NCBI GenBank assembly: GCA_016931155.1
Contig: JAFGFJ010000002.1
Location: 385 to 64,384, forward strand
Direction: 5' to 3'
DNA length: 64,000 bases
From: Candidatus Dojkabacteria bacterium
Lineage (GTDB): Bacteria > Patescibacteriota > Dojkabacteria > B142 > JAFGFJ01
The translations under genes and the position numbers were made by a program. The notes below the pieces were generated by a model. That model saw only the letters and a list, made by a program, of their open reading frames with translations, was not told where the DNA came from and searched no databases. This document shows positions 30,245 through 40,178 of the stretch, one piece after another (within the stretch, counting starts at the first letter, position 1; each line of letters starts with the position of its first letter).

Positions 30245-30297
30245 ATCAACTGAGACTTTACGGGCTTCGCCCGTAGGTTTAAGATCGGTTATACTAA
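30245..30297 (+). repeat. ~50-bp dispersed repeat, copy 2, with hairpin
   Basis: TACGGGC-TTC-GCCCGTA hairpin. Matches 15007-15057. Confidence 0.75.
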
Positions 30298-30433
30298 CAT
30301 GCCGGCTCGCATAAGAAAAACAAATAGAATTTACAAATAGCCCTGCGACAAATTATAATCGGCCACAGGGTTATTTTTTCAATAAAACAGTAAAGAGACA
30401 GAGAGAAACATTAATTGAAGAGTCTTTATCCCA

Positions 30434-31933
30434 ATGGGTAAAAAATATTACATAAAAACTTTCGGCTGTCAGATGAACTATTCGGACAGTGAGAGATTTG
30501 CACATCTGTTAGAAAAAATCGGATACAAGCCTGCCGAAAACATAGACAATGCTGATCTGATTATTTTTAATTCATGCTCAATTAGACAAAAAGCAGAAGA
30601 CAGAATTTCAGGTCTACGTCCCAGAATCGAAAGGTTGAAATCACAAAAGCCCGGGATCAAGGTCGTACTAAGCGGATGTATGGCAAGAAGAACATGGGAC
30701 GGCAATCCCAAATCCGGCTCTCCTCTTCAAATGAAACAGAAGAAAAGAGAAAGTGAACTGAAAAAACAAATGCCCTGGATAGACATTGTTATTGAAACAA
30801 AGGAATTAGCAAAGCTACCCCAAAAACTTGGAATAAAAATTAAAATCAAGAGAGTGCCAAAAGAATATCTTTCTTATACTCCCAAATACAGCAGTAGTTT
30901 TCAGGCTTACGTCCCGATCTCAACCGGGTGCAATCATTTTTGTACATATTGCATAGTACCTTTTGCCAGAGGCATAGAAATAAACAGATCTGCACGAGAA
31001 ATTATTTCTGAAATCAAAGGTCTTGTGCAGAAAGAATACAGAGACATAACCTTGCTTGGTCAAACAGTAAACAGATGGATTAGTCCCGAAATAACAACAA
31101 AACTGAAGAAGGAGATGATCGCAAATACAAACATCCCCTGGTTAAACAAAAAACTCCTTGACACCAAGAAAATTAAATTAAAAAATCAAGAAAAAACAGT
31201 TATTGATTCTAATTGTCCAGAAGATTTTCTACAGCTACTGCAGATTTTGGACGAGATAGACGGTAACTGGTGGATGACCTTCATGAGTTCACACCCAAAT
31301 TATATGACAGACGAACTTATCACATTTATTGGAAGGTCAGTAAGAGAAAACAAACATATAAGACCATATTTGCACTTTGCACTCCAGTCAGGAAATAACA
31401 ACATTTTGAGAAGAATGAATAGAAAGTATACAGTTGAAGAATTCAGAAAAAAAGTCGAAAAGATGGAAAAAGAAATCCCAGGACTTTCAATATCTACAGA
31501 CATAATTGTAGGTTTTCCAGGAGAGAGCGATAAGGATTTTATGGATACAGTAAAGCTCATGAAAGATCTCAAATTTGATATGGCCTACATAAACGAATAT
31601 TCTCCGAGAAAAGGAACTGTCTCTGAACTATTAAAGAATAATATCCCTCATGCAGAAAAGGAAAGAAGAAAAACTTACCTCAATGACGAGATTCTTGCTA
31701 AAACTGCATTAAAGAAAAACAAGCTTATGATCGGCACTGTCCAAAATTCTCTAATTACAGAAATAAAAGGGCAAACCGCAAAGGGACAGACCAGCAACAT
31801 GAAAGATATAAGGATTGAGCTGGCAACAGGAGTAGAATATTCGGCCGACAATCTAAAGATTAAACCTGGTGATTTTTATAAAGTCAGAATAACTGGAGCA
31901 ACAAGCTGGGCACTGACCGGTACTTTTCTGTAA
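30434..31933 (+). CDS. miaB: tRNA methylthiotransferase
   Basis: TFGCQMN.SDSE, radical SAM CNHFCTYC, TDIIVGFPGE and C-terminal TRAM domain. Confidence 0.9.
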   Translation: MGKKYYIKTFGCQMNYSDSERFAHLLEKIGYKPAENIDNADLIIFNSCSIRQKAEDRISGLRPRIERLKSQKPGIKVVLSGCMARRTWDGNPKSGSPLQMKQKKRESELKKQMPWIDIVIETKELAKLPQKLGIKIKIKRVPKEYLSYTPKYSSSFQAYVPISTGCNHFCTYCIVPFARGIEINRSAREIISEIKGLVQKEYRDITLLGQTVNRWISPEITTKLKKEMIANTNIPWLNKKLLDTKKIKLKNQEKTVIDSNCPEDFLQLLQILDEIDGNWWMTFMSSHPNYMTDELITFIGRSVRENKHIRPYLHFALQSGNNNILRRMNRKYTVEEFRKKVEKMEKEIPGLSISTDIIVGFPGESDKDFMDTVKLMKDLKFDMAYINEYSPRKGTVSELLKNNIPHAEKERRKTYLNDEILAKTALKKNKLMIGTVQNSLITEIKGQTAKGQTSNMKDIRIELATGVEYSADNLKIKPGDFYKVRITGATSWALTGTFL

Positions 31934-32017
31934 ATGTACTCTTGAGATTATTTTTTTATGTCCAATTTAATACGCAGATGAGATTGTCCAAAAATTTTTA
32001 TATATGTATAATCAACT

Positions 32018-32614
32018 ATGCCACGTCTCAATAGAACTCAACAGATTGTCGCTGCAGTAATATACTTCATTTTTGGAGTAATAGTACTTTTTATACTGAT
32101 CGCTTTTATCCTGAAATTTTTTGGTGCCAGCGAAACAAGTGGAATATTCAGGGGAATTTTCAACATTTCAAATTTTTTCACAGAAATGTTTAGGGGAAGC
32201 TACCAGGACATAAGATTTGGGCCGCTCACTTTAAGTATTTTCAGATTTGTTGCAATGACTTATTATCCTATTTTTGGTTATCTGCTGGTACTACTCATTG
32301 CAGGCCTTTTTGTACTAAACCCTTTCAAAATTGCACGAAATATTTCTAATGCATTTTTTAGGTTTATTGAGCTTTTCCTTATTACAAGATTCTTGTTTAA
32401 AGCTCTAGCTGCATCCTCTCAAAGCTCATTTGTTGCATTTATATACAAGTATACAAACTTTATTCCTGATGCATTGCATTTTATTCCGGTGATAAGAATA
32501 GGACAATCCGATATAGAATTATCCGTCTTTCTGGTTTTTGGTATCGTACTTATGATAGATATTTTGATCTGGAATCTCTTCCAGGGTATTTTAGGCGAAA
32601 AAGACTATGAATAA
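32018..32614 (+). CDS. Membrane protein with two YggT-like repeats
   Basis: Duplicated hydrophobic unit (ILKFFGAS..S / LFKALAAS..S). Confidence 0.55.
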   Translation: MPRLNRTQQIVAAVIYFIFGVIVLFILIAFILKFFGASETSGIFRGIFNISNFFTEMFRGSYQDIRFGPLTLSIFRFVAMTYYPIFGYLLVLLIAGLFVLNPFKIARNISNAFFRFIELFLITRFLFKALAASSQSSFVAFIYKYTNFIPDALHFIPVIRIGQSDIELSVFLVFGIVLMIDILIWNLFQGILGEKDYE

Positions 32615-33218
32615 ATTAAATCAAACTCTACTCCTGATTATTACGGTTATACTGACGATTTCTACACTATTTTTCGGTATTTTATTTTTTATTAACAATG
32701 GCAAGAATAGGGAAGAGATCAATGTCACTTCAAGAACTATAATTGAAAGAATTACAGATCAGTATTTTATCGTTACAAAAACAATGGTAGTCGATCAGGA
32801 GTCAACGATTAATGTCAATCAGGGGTCTTCCTGGTCAAATTTTTTCTGGGGTCAAACAATTGAAGCAAAGGGACTTATTCGTATTGATATAGGAGTCGAT
32901 CTTAAGGATATCCCTGAAAAAGACATCCAGATAAATGAAGCTGACAAAACAGTAATAATTAAATTACCCGATGCAACAATTCTTGATGCGAGTCAGTTTG
33001 GAGACATAGAGGTCAAATCCTCGAAAGGTGTTCTTAAGTTTCTTCTTGATAATGATCCAAACCAGGATCACAATGAAGCACTAAAACAACTCACAGAAGA
33101 CGCAAAAACGGCTGCACTCAGTGATCAGAAAGTATTTGATGAAGCAAGAACCAGCTCGATCAAGCTCATAGAAATAATAGTAAAAGATCTGGGCTACACT
33201 GTCCAGATTGACGATTAA
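32607..33218 (+). CDS. DUF4230-like membrane-anchored protein
   Basis: N-terminal TM and G.IRIDIGVDL...V.I.LP...I pattern. Confidence 0.65.
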   Translation: MNKLNQTLLLIITVILTISTLFFGILFFINNGKNREEINVTSRTIIERITDQYFIVTKTMVVDQESTINVNQGSSWSNFFWGQTIEAKGLIRIDIGVDLKDIPEKDIQINEADKTVIIKLPDATILDASQFGDIEVKSSKGVLKFLLDNDPNQDHNEALKQLTEDAKTAALSDQKVFDEARTSSIKLIEIIVKDLGYTVQIDD

Positions 33219-33273
33219 AATAAACAAAATCCTTCTTAGGTCATTTATCATCTAGGTGCTATAATCATGGGTC

Positions 33274-35169
33274 GTGAATCCTATAGCACAAAACAAAATA
33301 AGGAATATAGCAATAATCGCCCATGTTGATCATGGAAAGACCACCCTTGTTGACGCTTTCCTCAAGCAAAGTAATTTATTTAGAGAAAACCAGGCAGAAA
33401 TGCAGCAGGAACAGATTCTCGATGTTGGAGAGCTTGAGAAAGAAAAAGGAATTACCATTAAGGCAAAAAATATTGCAATACAATACAACGATTATAAAAT
33501 AAACATAATTGATACCCCCGGACATGCAGATTTCGGTGGAGAAGTGGAGAGGACTTTGAATATGGCTGATGGGTGCCTTCTACTGGTCGATGCGCAGGAA
33601 GGACCAATGCCGCAAACAAAGTTTGTACTAAAAAAAGCATTAGAAATGGAACTTAAACCTATAGTTGTAATTAATAAAATTGACAAGAAACATACCAATA
33701 TTCCAAGAACTCTCAACCGTATTCATGATTTATTCTTGAATCTTGCTACAGATTCCAGTCAACTGGAATTCCCTGTTTTTTATTCCATATCGAGAGAAGG
33801 GAAAGTCTTTAAGAATCTGCCAGAAGGTGATCTAACCGTTTCAAACTCACTGGAAGGTGATCTTCAGCCACTTTTAGAGGAAATAATTAAGGAAATACCA
33901 GCACCAGTCGGAGACACTAATGACAAACTTCAAATGCTCATCAGTACAATTGAATTTGATCAACATGAAGGTAAGTACTTGATCGGAAAAATACTTAGAG
34001 GGAAAGCTTATCCAGGACAAGATGTCGCTGTATTAGATGGATCACAGGAGGAAGCAAAAAAACAAACTGGAAAGATAAAAAGAGTAATGGTAAGAGAAGG
34101 GCTAGATTATAAAGAAGTACAGGAGTCTTCTGCTGGAGATATTGTTGCCATTGTCGGAGTTGACTCACTTTCTATAGGCGGAACACTTTGCGACATAGAA
34201 AAGCTTGAGGCATTACCTAAAATAGAGATATCCTCACCTTCAGTCCAGATGAAATTTGAAGCAAGCACTTCACCGCTTGCAGGAAAGGAGGGCAAGTATG
34301 TAACAGCAAGACTTATTCAACAGAGATTGGAAAAAGAAATTCAGACAAATGTCAGCTTAAAAATTTCCAAAAGTGATTCAGGAAGCTATTATGTGGCAGG
34401 AAGGGGAGAACTTCAACTCTCAATCCTGATAGAAACACTAAGAAGAGAAGAGTACGAGTTTCAGGTTAGAAAGCCGGAAATAGTTTTAAAGGAAATTGAC
34501 GGGAAAAAGCATGAACCACTGGAAGAACTGGTTATCGATGCACCTGAAGAATACATCGGCGGAATCTCAACAGAACTAGCACAACGAAAGGGTGAGCTTT
34601 TGAATATGGAGACTGAGGACGGTCAGACAAGAATTACATATAGAATACTCACAAGGAATATGTTTGGACTTCGGAACACTCTTCTAACAATCACAAAAGG
34701 AAATGCAATTATTAATTCTTATCTGGACGAGTATATTCCGTATAAAGAGAGACCCGAACTTTTTAGAAACGGTGCATTGGTAGCCTCAGACCCGGGATTT
34801 GCAAAAGGCTATGCACTAAATACTATCCAGGATAGAGGAGATCTGTTTATAAAACCCTCAGAAGAAGTTTACGAAGGAATGATTGTTGGAATAAATAAAT
34901 ATGAGGGAGACCTTGACGTAAACGTAACAAAGGAACGACATAAGTCGGGGGTGAGAATAAAGCATGACGAAATAACACAGACAGCCCTAAAACCAACAAT
35001 CCCTTTGACGCTCGATTTTGCACTTGGATTCATTGCAAAAGACGAGGTACTTGAAGTAACCCCAAAAAGCTTGAGGCTTAGAAAAGCATTCTTAACAAAA
35101 AACCAGAGAGCATGGTCTCAAAGGAAAAATTTGAGCGACTTTGCGAAGAGGAACCTGGGAATGGAATAA
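33274..35169 (+). CDS. typA: Translational GTPase TypA/BipA
   Basis: [35 protein letters not shown] and [11 protein letters not shown] motifs. Confidence 0.95.
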   Translation: MNPIAQNKIRNIAIIAHVDHGKTTLVDAFLKQSNLFRENQAEMQQEQILDVGELEKEKGITIKAKNIAIQYNDYKINIIDTPGHADFGGEVERTLNMADGCLLLVDAQEGPMPQTKFVLKKALEMELKPIVVINKIDKKHTNIPRTLNRIHDLFLNLATDSSQLEFPVFYSISREGKVFKNLPEGDLTVSNSLEGDLQPLLEEIIKEIPAPVGDTNDKLQMLISTIEFDQHEGKYLIGKILRGKAYPGQDVAVLDGSQEEAKKQTGKIKRVMVREGLDYKEVQESSAGDIVAIVGVDSLSIGGTLCDIEKLEALPKIEISSPSVQMKFEASTSPLAGKEGKYVTARLIQQRLEKEIQTNVSLKISKSDSGSYYVAGRGELQLSILIETLRREEYEFQVRKPEIVLKEIDGKKHEPLEELVIDAPEEYIGGISTELAQRKGELLNMETEDGQTRITYRILTRNMFGLRNTLLTITKGNAIINSYLDEYIPYKERPELFRNGALVASDPGFAKGYALNTIQDRGDLFIKPSEEVYEGMIVGINKYEGDLDVNVTKERHKSGVRIKHDEITQTALKPTIPLTLDFALGFIAKDEVLEVTPKSLRLRKAFLTKNQRAWSQRKNLSDFAKRNLGME

Positions 35170-35191
35170 AATCAGAATGCAAAATATTTCA

Positions 35192-35379
35192 TTAATCCAG
35201 AGCATTAAATACAAATCCAATCAGCATAATCCCAACTGTAGTTATACCAAAGAATATCGCTAAGAGCTGCCACTTCATAGCTTTTTTGAGTATTAGTGCT
35301 TCCGGGATTGAAAGTGTCACTGCCGCAGTCATAAAAGCAGTTCCCATGGGCATCAGGAACCCAGAACCTGAATTTTCAT
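35192..35379 (-). pseudogene. Fused remnants: start of a small redox protein and C-terminus of an ArsP/DUF318 permease
   Basis: MKIQVLGS*CP from 35379, then MGTAFMTAAVTLSIPEALILKKAMKWQLLAIFFGITTVGIMLIGFVFNALD (35347-35192). Confidence 0.65.
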
Positions 35380-35396
35380 AATTCGTAAATAATAAA

Positions 35397-35582
35397 TTAA
35401 TTAATTCCTACAAAAGAAAAAAAGTAACTTACTCTTTTTTTCCATTTATTTTTAATGAAAAAGAAAATCTGATTTCCATCTCTGCGCTTGTCCAAAATCC
35501 CTGCCTTATAAAGAGTTTTTAAATGAAAGGAGAGTAAATTTCGAGAAATGCCCAGCTTTTCTGAAAGTTCACATACACACAT
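35397..35582 (-). pseudogene. N-terminally truncated ArsR/SmtB regulator
   Basis: CVCEL...SRNLLSFHLKTL..AG...RRDG HTH region with no N-terminal helix. Confidence 0.65.
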
Positions 35583-35713
35583 TACTGAATAAAGCCCTGG
35601 TCAATAGCTTTTAAGTCGTCTTGTAGTCAGCGGGTAGATACCGACCATCATGAAGGTTATATCTCTGAGTATAGATTCACATATTTTTTTGCTGCCAGCC
35701 GGTATCCCACAGT

Positions 35714-35742
35714 AAAGAGACGGCTATCGCCATCTCTTTTTT
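35714..35742. terminator. Intrinsic terminator-like hairpin downstream of the ECF operon
   Basis: AAAGAGACGGC-TATC-GCCATCTCTTTTTT. Confidence 0.6.
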
Positions 35743-35779
35743 CCATACACCCTACGCAGTTTTAATCTTATTACCAAGC

Positions 35780-36577
35780 TCAGTTACCTCCACTGTTCTG
35801 GTTTTGATTCTGGTTCTGCTCTTGGTTTTGAGTATCACCTTCATTCTGCTCTTGTTCATTTTCCCGCACTTGAACCCCTGTTTCGGTCTCAAAGTTCTGA
35901 ATCTGGTTTCCCATTTCTTCGGAGTATTTATTCTTTACCTCCATCAAATTTTCCGAGTTTGAGAAATCACCTTTTGACTTGAGCTTAGTTTGTATTTGAT
36001 TTATTGTTTCCTCGTGCTCCCTGGTAATTTCCTGTAATTTCTCCATTACTTTTTGCTGTTCTTGCGTTTGGAGTTTGTTCTCAATTCTTAATTGATCCAT
36101 CTCCTGGAGTCGCTCTCTAAGTCTAAGTTGCTGGACTTCCACTTCTGAAATAGACCGAGAAACAGTATCTGAATTATTTTCTTCACTTAGTTTACTCAGC
36201 TCAAGCACTCTTTCGTTCATTACAGCTATTTCAAACTCTGATCTTGCAACAGAATCGGAGATAAAAGTCCTCTGGACACTTTCTGCCGCTTTGTCTACCG
36301 AATAAAGGAAATCTCCCGGGTTTGCAGAATCTGAAGCATACACCGTTCCACCTCCGGCGATTAGTAAAGCAATCACGGTAACAACAGCCAGAGTTATTTT
36401 AATTTTTGGGTTCACAATAAAAATGTTTAAAAAATTAAATATATTCATCTGACTATTACGAATTTTATGTTCGGTAGTTACAAGATTTCGAAAGCTCGAT
36501 AAAGTAGCTTCCTGCCAGCTCTTCCTTGGAATAGGTTTAAATCTTTTTAATTGTTCTATTAATTTTTCCTCATCCAT
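35780..36577 (-). CDS. Putative anti-sigma factor (DUF5667-like)
   Basis: Overlaps the ECF gene stop. Short cytoplasmic N-terminus, TM, A.PGDFLY.VDKAAE motif, coiled coil and QN-rich tail. Confidence 0.7.
   Translation of the reverse strand: MDEEKLIEQLKRFKPIPRKSWQEATLSSFRNLVTTEHKIRNSQMNIFNFLNIFIVNPKIKITLAVVTVIALLIAGGGTVYASDSANPGDFLYSVDKAAESVQRTFISDSVARSEFEIAVMNERVLELSKLSEENNSDTVSRSISEVEVQQLRLRERLQEMDQLRIENKLQTQEQQKVMEKLQEITREHEETINQIQTKLKSKGDFSNSENLMEVKNKYSEEMGNQIQNFETETGVQVRENEQEQNEGDTQNQEQNQNQNQNSGGN
36455..36482 (-). promoter_or_regulatory. ECF-type promoter inside the anti-sigma gene
   Basis: TGTAAC-N16-CGTAAT followed after 6 nt by in-frame ATG (Met44, 36448). Confidence 0.6.
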
Positions 36578-37094
36578 TTGGTAATTTCATAATATCTTTC
36601 AGTTTTTTTACTGCTCTGTGAATCATAACTTTTGTTGCGTTATGTTTTTTGTTTATAATCTCCGCAACATCCTCTATCTCAAAGTCCTGCAGATATCTTA
36701 GTACAATTACTTCCTTTTCCTGCTCTTTCAGCTTATCAAGATTACTGATTATTGAGCCAAGCATTAATTCATCATCAACTGTTAGCCCTTGCTCCTTTAC
36801 AGATTCTCCCACATCATCGCTATAGCCGCTGAGAATTCCTTTTTTCTTCCTGTAAAAATCAATAATATAATTTCGGGCAATGATGTAAATCCAATTTTTT
36901 AAAGTACCCTTGTTAGGCTTGAATGTTGATCTCTTCTCCCATGCCTTGATAAACACATCCTGTGTAATATCTTCTGCTTGCTCACGATTGAATCCGCATC
37001 TCATATAAACAAAGCGGTAAAGAGATTCATTCAACCATTTAAACACTTCCTCAAGATCTTCAATTGTCTCTAACTGATTTATTTTTATTTTCAC
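36570..37094 (-). CDS. ECF RNA polymerase sigma factor
   Basis: AEDITQDVFIKAW, WIYIIARNYIIDFYRK and region 4 EVIVLRY...AEII...HRA motifs. Confidence 0.92.
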   Translation of the reverse strand: MKIKINQLETIEDLEEVFKWLNESLYRFVYMRCGFNREQAEDITQDVFIKAWEKRSTFKPNKGTLKNWIYIIARNYIIDFYRKKKGILSGYSDDVGESVKEQGLTVDDELMLGSIISNLDKLKEQEKEVIVLRYLQDFEIEDVAEIINKKHNATKVMIHRAVKKLKDIMKLPNG

Positions 37095-37099
37095 ATTCT

Positions 37100-37127
37100 A
37101 TTACGTTTTTTGTACCTTACGGTTACT
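37100..37127 (-). promoter_or_regulatory. Autoregulatory ECF promoter
   Basis: AGTAAC-N16-CGTAAT, 5 nt before the GTG start. Confidence 0.65.
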
Positions 37128-37172
37128 AGTCTATTCTACTATATTTGGTGCCTGGTGATACTATAAACGAAA

Positions 37173-37226
37173 CGGGTATTGACCCAATTAAGAATTGGTG
37201 CTATTATTGTAATGGGTAAATACCCA
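37173..37226 (+). promoter_or_regulatory. Promoter with two palindromic operators
   Basis: TTGACC-17-TATTAT. CGGGTATTGACCCA overlaps the -35 and TGGGTAAATACCCA lies downstream of the -10. Confidence 0.6.
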
Positions 37227-37248
37227 GTTTAATTTTTATTATTTTATT

Positions 37249-37512
37249 ATGCCGAATTTAGACAAGACTGGTCCTTTGGGAAAAGGCCCTTTTACAGGAC
37301 GGGGAAGAGGCAGGGGATTAGGATCTGGCTCAGGAGCAAGAGGTGTAGGAGCTGGAAGAGGATTGGGAGTTGGTGGTCGCAGACAGGGTGGCAATAAAGA
37401 GTGTACATGTCCAAAGTGTGGTTATTCAGAATCACAAACTAGAGGTATTCCATGTACAGAAAAAAAATGCCCTAAGTGCCAAACACCAATGAGAGGCGTT
37501 TACTGCTTATAG
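37249..37512 (+). CDS. Gly/Arg-rich DUF5320-like protein with Cys4 zinc ribbon
   Basis: MP..D.TGP.G.GP.TGRG start and C.CP.CG...G.PC...CP.C motif. Confidence 0.7.
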   Translation: MPNLDKTGPLGKGPFTGRGRGRGLGSGSGARGVGAGRGLGVGGRRQGGNKECTCPKCGYSESQTRGIPCTEKKCPKCQTPMRGVYCL

Positions 37513-37580
37513 GTCTCTTGAGGGGGGTAGTAACAACAAAGAAATTACTACCCCTTATTTTACTTATTATTATCAACGGC

Positions 37581-37862
37581 ATGAGACAAAGATATAGAAG
37601 AAGGCTTGGTCTTGATTTTAATGAAATATATTTCAAACCACGAGGATTACCCCTGAGAGAACTCGAGGAGATTACAATTACAGATGAAGAGTTGGAGACA
37701 ATGAGACTGAGATATCTAAAAAAGATTGATCAAGAAGATGCCGCAAAAAAAATGGGAATATCTCAGAGCCAATATCAAAGGGATTTAACTTCCGTACTGG
37801 AAAAAGTCACAAAGGCATTAATTGAAGGTCTTGCTATTCGAATTGCAAAGACAAATTTATAG
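37581..37862 (+). CDS. DUF134 family HTH protein
   Basis: YFKPRG.PL, EELETMRL and QEDAAKKMGISQS motifs. Confidence 0.85.
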   Translation: MRQRYRRRLGLDFNEIYFKPRGLPLRELEEITITDEELETMRLRYLKKIDQEDAAKKMGISQSQYQRDLTSVLEKVTKALIEGLAIRIAKTNL

Positions 37863-37940
37863 TTAAGTTCTTACTCAGTTTGACGTAGGATTCGATTTGC
37901 GATACATTACAGTACACATTGAAATATCAACTCAGTGTAA

Positions 37941-38216
37941 ATGACTGCCTTACTGGAGAAAAAGATTGAACAACTTCGAAAACTTCTAGTAATAAACAGG
38001 ATAAGAATCCTCGAGCTTCTTTATCAAGGAGATACTTGTGTGTGCAAAATGGTTGACAGGCTTAAATTGAAGCACAGCCTTATATCTCATCACTTAAAAA
38101 TTCTAGCAAGAATGGGTCACATCAAAAGCAGTAAGAATGGTCAACATAGGATTTACAACCTGGCTAATTCAAAAAGAAAGCTGACTGCGGGACTTCTAGA
38201 GTTTATTAAAAAGTAA
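37941..38216 (+). CDS. ArsR/SmtB family regulator
   Basis: RIRILELL...CVC...SHHLKIL. Upstream TTGACG-17-TACATT promoter and an imperfect palindrome. Confidence 0.85.
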   Translation: MTALLEKKIEQLRKLLVINRIRILELLYQGDTCVCKMVDRLKLKHSLISHHLKILARMGHIKSSKNGQHRIYNLANSKRKLTAGLLEFIKK

Positions 38217-38242
38217 CTTATTTTATTTTTTACTCAACAAAA

Positions 38243-39262
38243 ATGAGCAAAAAAGTACCATTAATAATTGGATTCCTTGTTGGACTAGGAATCCTTTTGA
38301 CAGCCGGATTCTTTCTTCTCCGTCAATCCGAATTTGCCTTGATTGACGAATTAATCGGCGGCAAAACCTCTCAAGAAAACGAAGAGAAGAAGGTCGAGCC
38401 GGGAGTCGGAACAAAGTCTATGATGATCTTGATTGAGTACAAAGATACGGTTGGTCTCGTGAATTTTGCAAACGAGATGAAATCACGTGATATAAGCGGT
38501 CTTTTACTGGTAAGTCCTGATTTTGTAGAAAAGAATTGCGAGGCAGTAAAGGAAGTTATCAAATATGATATAGAAATAATCGGATCAAATCCAAAAGGTG
38601 TTTTTTGGGATGTACCTTATGAAGAGCAATACACAATTATTTCCGACATGAAGAAAAGGATTGAAACCTGCACGGGAGAACCCCTTAGAATTGTCGGGTC
38701 TATGTATATGGCTTCAGATGAAAATACTGTTAAGGCTGCTCAGGAGCTTGGTATACCTTACGTCATCGCCAGAGGCACCACTGATACAAAGGCTACTGTT
38801 TACAAGCCAGAAGAATATGACGTAAAGATCCTGTCAATTTCGAATATCGCTCTTGCAACATTTAAATTTGGCAGTCTTTGCGATTACTCATTCTATGAAA
38901 GATCCGGCACTCCTCAAGATATGCTTGATGAACTTGGTAGAGCATACGAACCAATGACTGAAAAAGAAATTGAGTGGTCTGGAAAGTTTCATCGGGTAAC
39001 ACCTACTACTCACACAAACATCGGCGGGTATCTCAAGCCCTGGATGGATATGTGGATAGAATTCTGGGATACAAACAAAACTGAGTGGGTAGGACTTGAC
39101 GAGTTTATGGAGGAAATAGATTGGAACCTCCCAATGTGGCAGATTCCAACCAACAGAAATGCTCCCTACACTCCGGAAAAGATTCGACCACTTATGCCTT
39201 ATGACGAAATCGAGAAGGTCGAGAACCCTTGTCGTGTAGAAGACATAGGCAAAGAGGACTAA
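38243..39262 (+). CDS. Membrane-anchored polysaccharide-deacetylase-like protein
   Basis: N-terminal TM and a NodB-like pattern. Canonical metal ligands are not evident. Confidence 0.45.
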   Translation: MSKKVPLIIGFLVGLGILLTAGFFLLRQSEFALIDELIGGKTSQENEEKKVEPGVGTKSMMILIEYKDTVGLVNFANEMKSRDISGLLLVSPDFVEKNCEAVKEVIKYDIEIIGSNPKGVFWDVPYEEQYTIISDMKKRIETCTGEPLRIVGSMYMASDENTVKAAQELGIPYVIARGTTDTKATVYKPEEYDVKILSISNIALATFKFGSLCDYSFYERSGTPQDMLDELGRAYEPMTEKEIEWSGKFHRVTPTTHTNIGGYLKPWMDMWIEFWDTNKTEWVGLDEFMEEIDWNLPMWQIPTNRNAPYTPEKIRPLMPYDEIEKVENPCRVEDIGKED

Positions 39263-39290
39263 TAAAGAAGTGAGCACTAATTACGAAGTT

Positions 39291-39716
39291 ATGAAAAAGA
39301 TCTATTTCGTAATAATTACTATACTGCTTTTGGGGATAATTGGAGTAGGAACTATCCTCTACTTCAACTACAGAAATGCTGAGAAGGCAAAAAATCCCCA
39401 AAGCAGTGACTATATCGAGTACAACACACCCAACAAAACTCAAACGAGAAAATTAGTTGTTTTCCACAATGGTGCAGGTCCAATGTGTCTTGAAGCCCTA
39501 GAGTTTTTCGACCAAAACGGAATTGTTTATGAAGAACATCTCACATATGACGAAGATTTCTCGGAAGAACTGGCAATATACAGATCATCAACTGACATAA
39601 GCGAAGGAGTTTCAACAACCTATGGATACTACCCTTATATTTTTGTAGGGGGAAAAGCATTTTCCGGATTTAATGATTGGATAGGGAAGGAGATTATGAG
39701 ATTGGCTTTCGACTGA
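39291..39716 (+). CDS. Membrane-anchored glutaredoxin-like protein
   Basis: GPMCLEA..FF...GI.YEE and YPYIFVGGKAFSGF motifs. Confidence 0.7.
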   Translation: MKKIYFVIITILLLGIIGVGTILYFNYRNAEKAKNPQSSDYIEYNTPNKTQTRKLVVFHNGAGPMCLEALEFFDQNGIVYEEHLTYDEDFSEELAIYRSSTDISEGVSTTYGYYPYIFVGGKAFSGFNDWIGKEIMRLAFD

Positions 39717-40178
39717 CAGAATTAAAGATTAGAATTTTTTGTAGATCAGATCATTCAAAACAATGGTTCTTTGGGACGTTATCACCTTTGGGATTCTTAC
39801 AGGTTGGTTGGGGGAACTGGACAAGATTCGAACCTTTTTTCTTATCAAATCCCCTTGTTACTATCAGTATCCCAGACGTTTCCTTCAATTGGCAGGAGAA
39901 TTTTAATTCTAAATTATTAAAGTTCTCATATGCTTAAATTTTCATGCACAGAAGTAATAATTTTCAAGTTATTGAATTTTAGATATAAACAGTACACGAA
40001 TTCATCAATAAACCACTATTTGATAGTCCTTTCAACTGTTCCTACTGTTTATACCATAAATAAAATGAAGAATTGCTTGTTTGATGGTGTAATTCGAGAT
40101 TTTAGGGGGAGTTGTATAAGACTCGAACTTAAGTTGAGAAATGTGACTTTCTAGACGAAAACTCGTAATGTAATTAAT

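Noticed and set aside
35350-35379. TGA read as Gly (genetic code 25), suggested by MKIQVLGS*CP
   Set aside because: Long conserved genes have no in-frame TGA and several end in TGA, so this is better explained as a pseudogene mutation.
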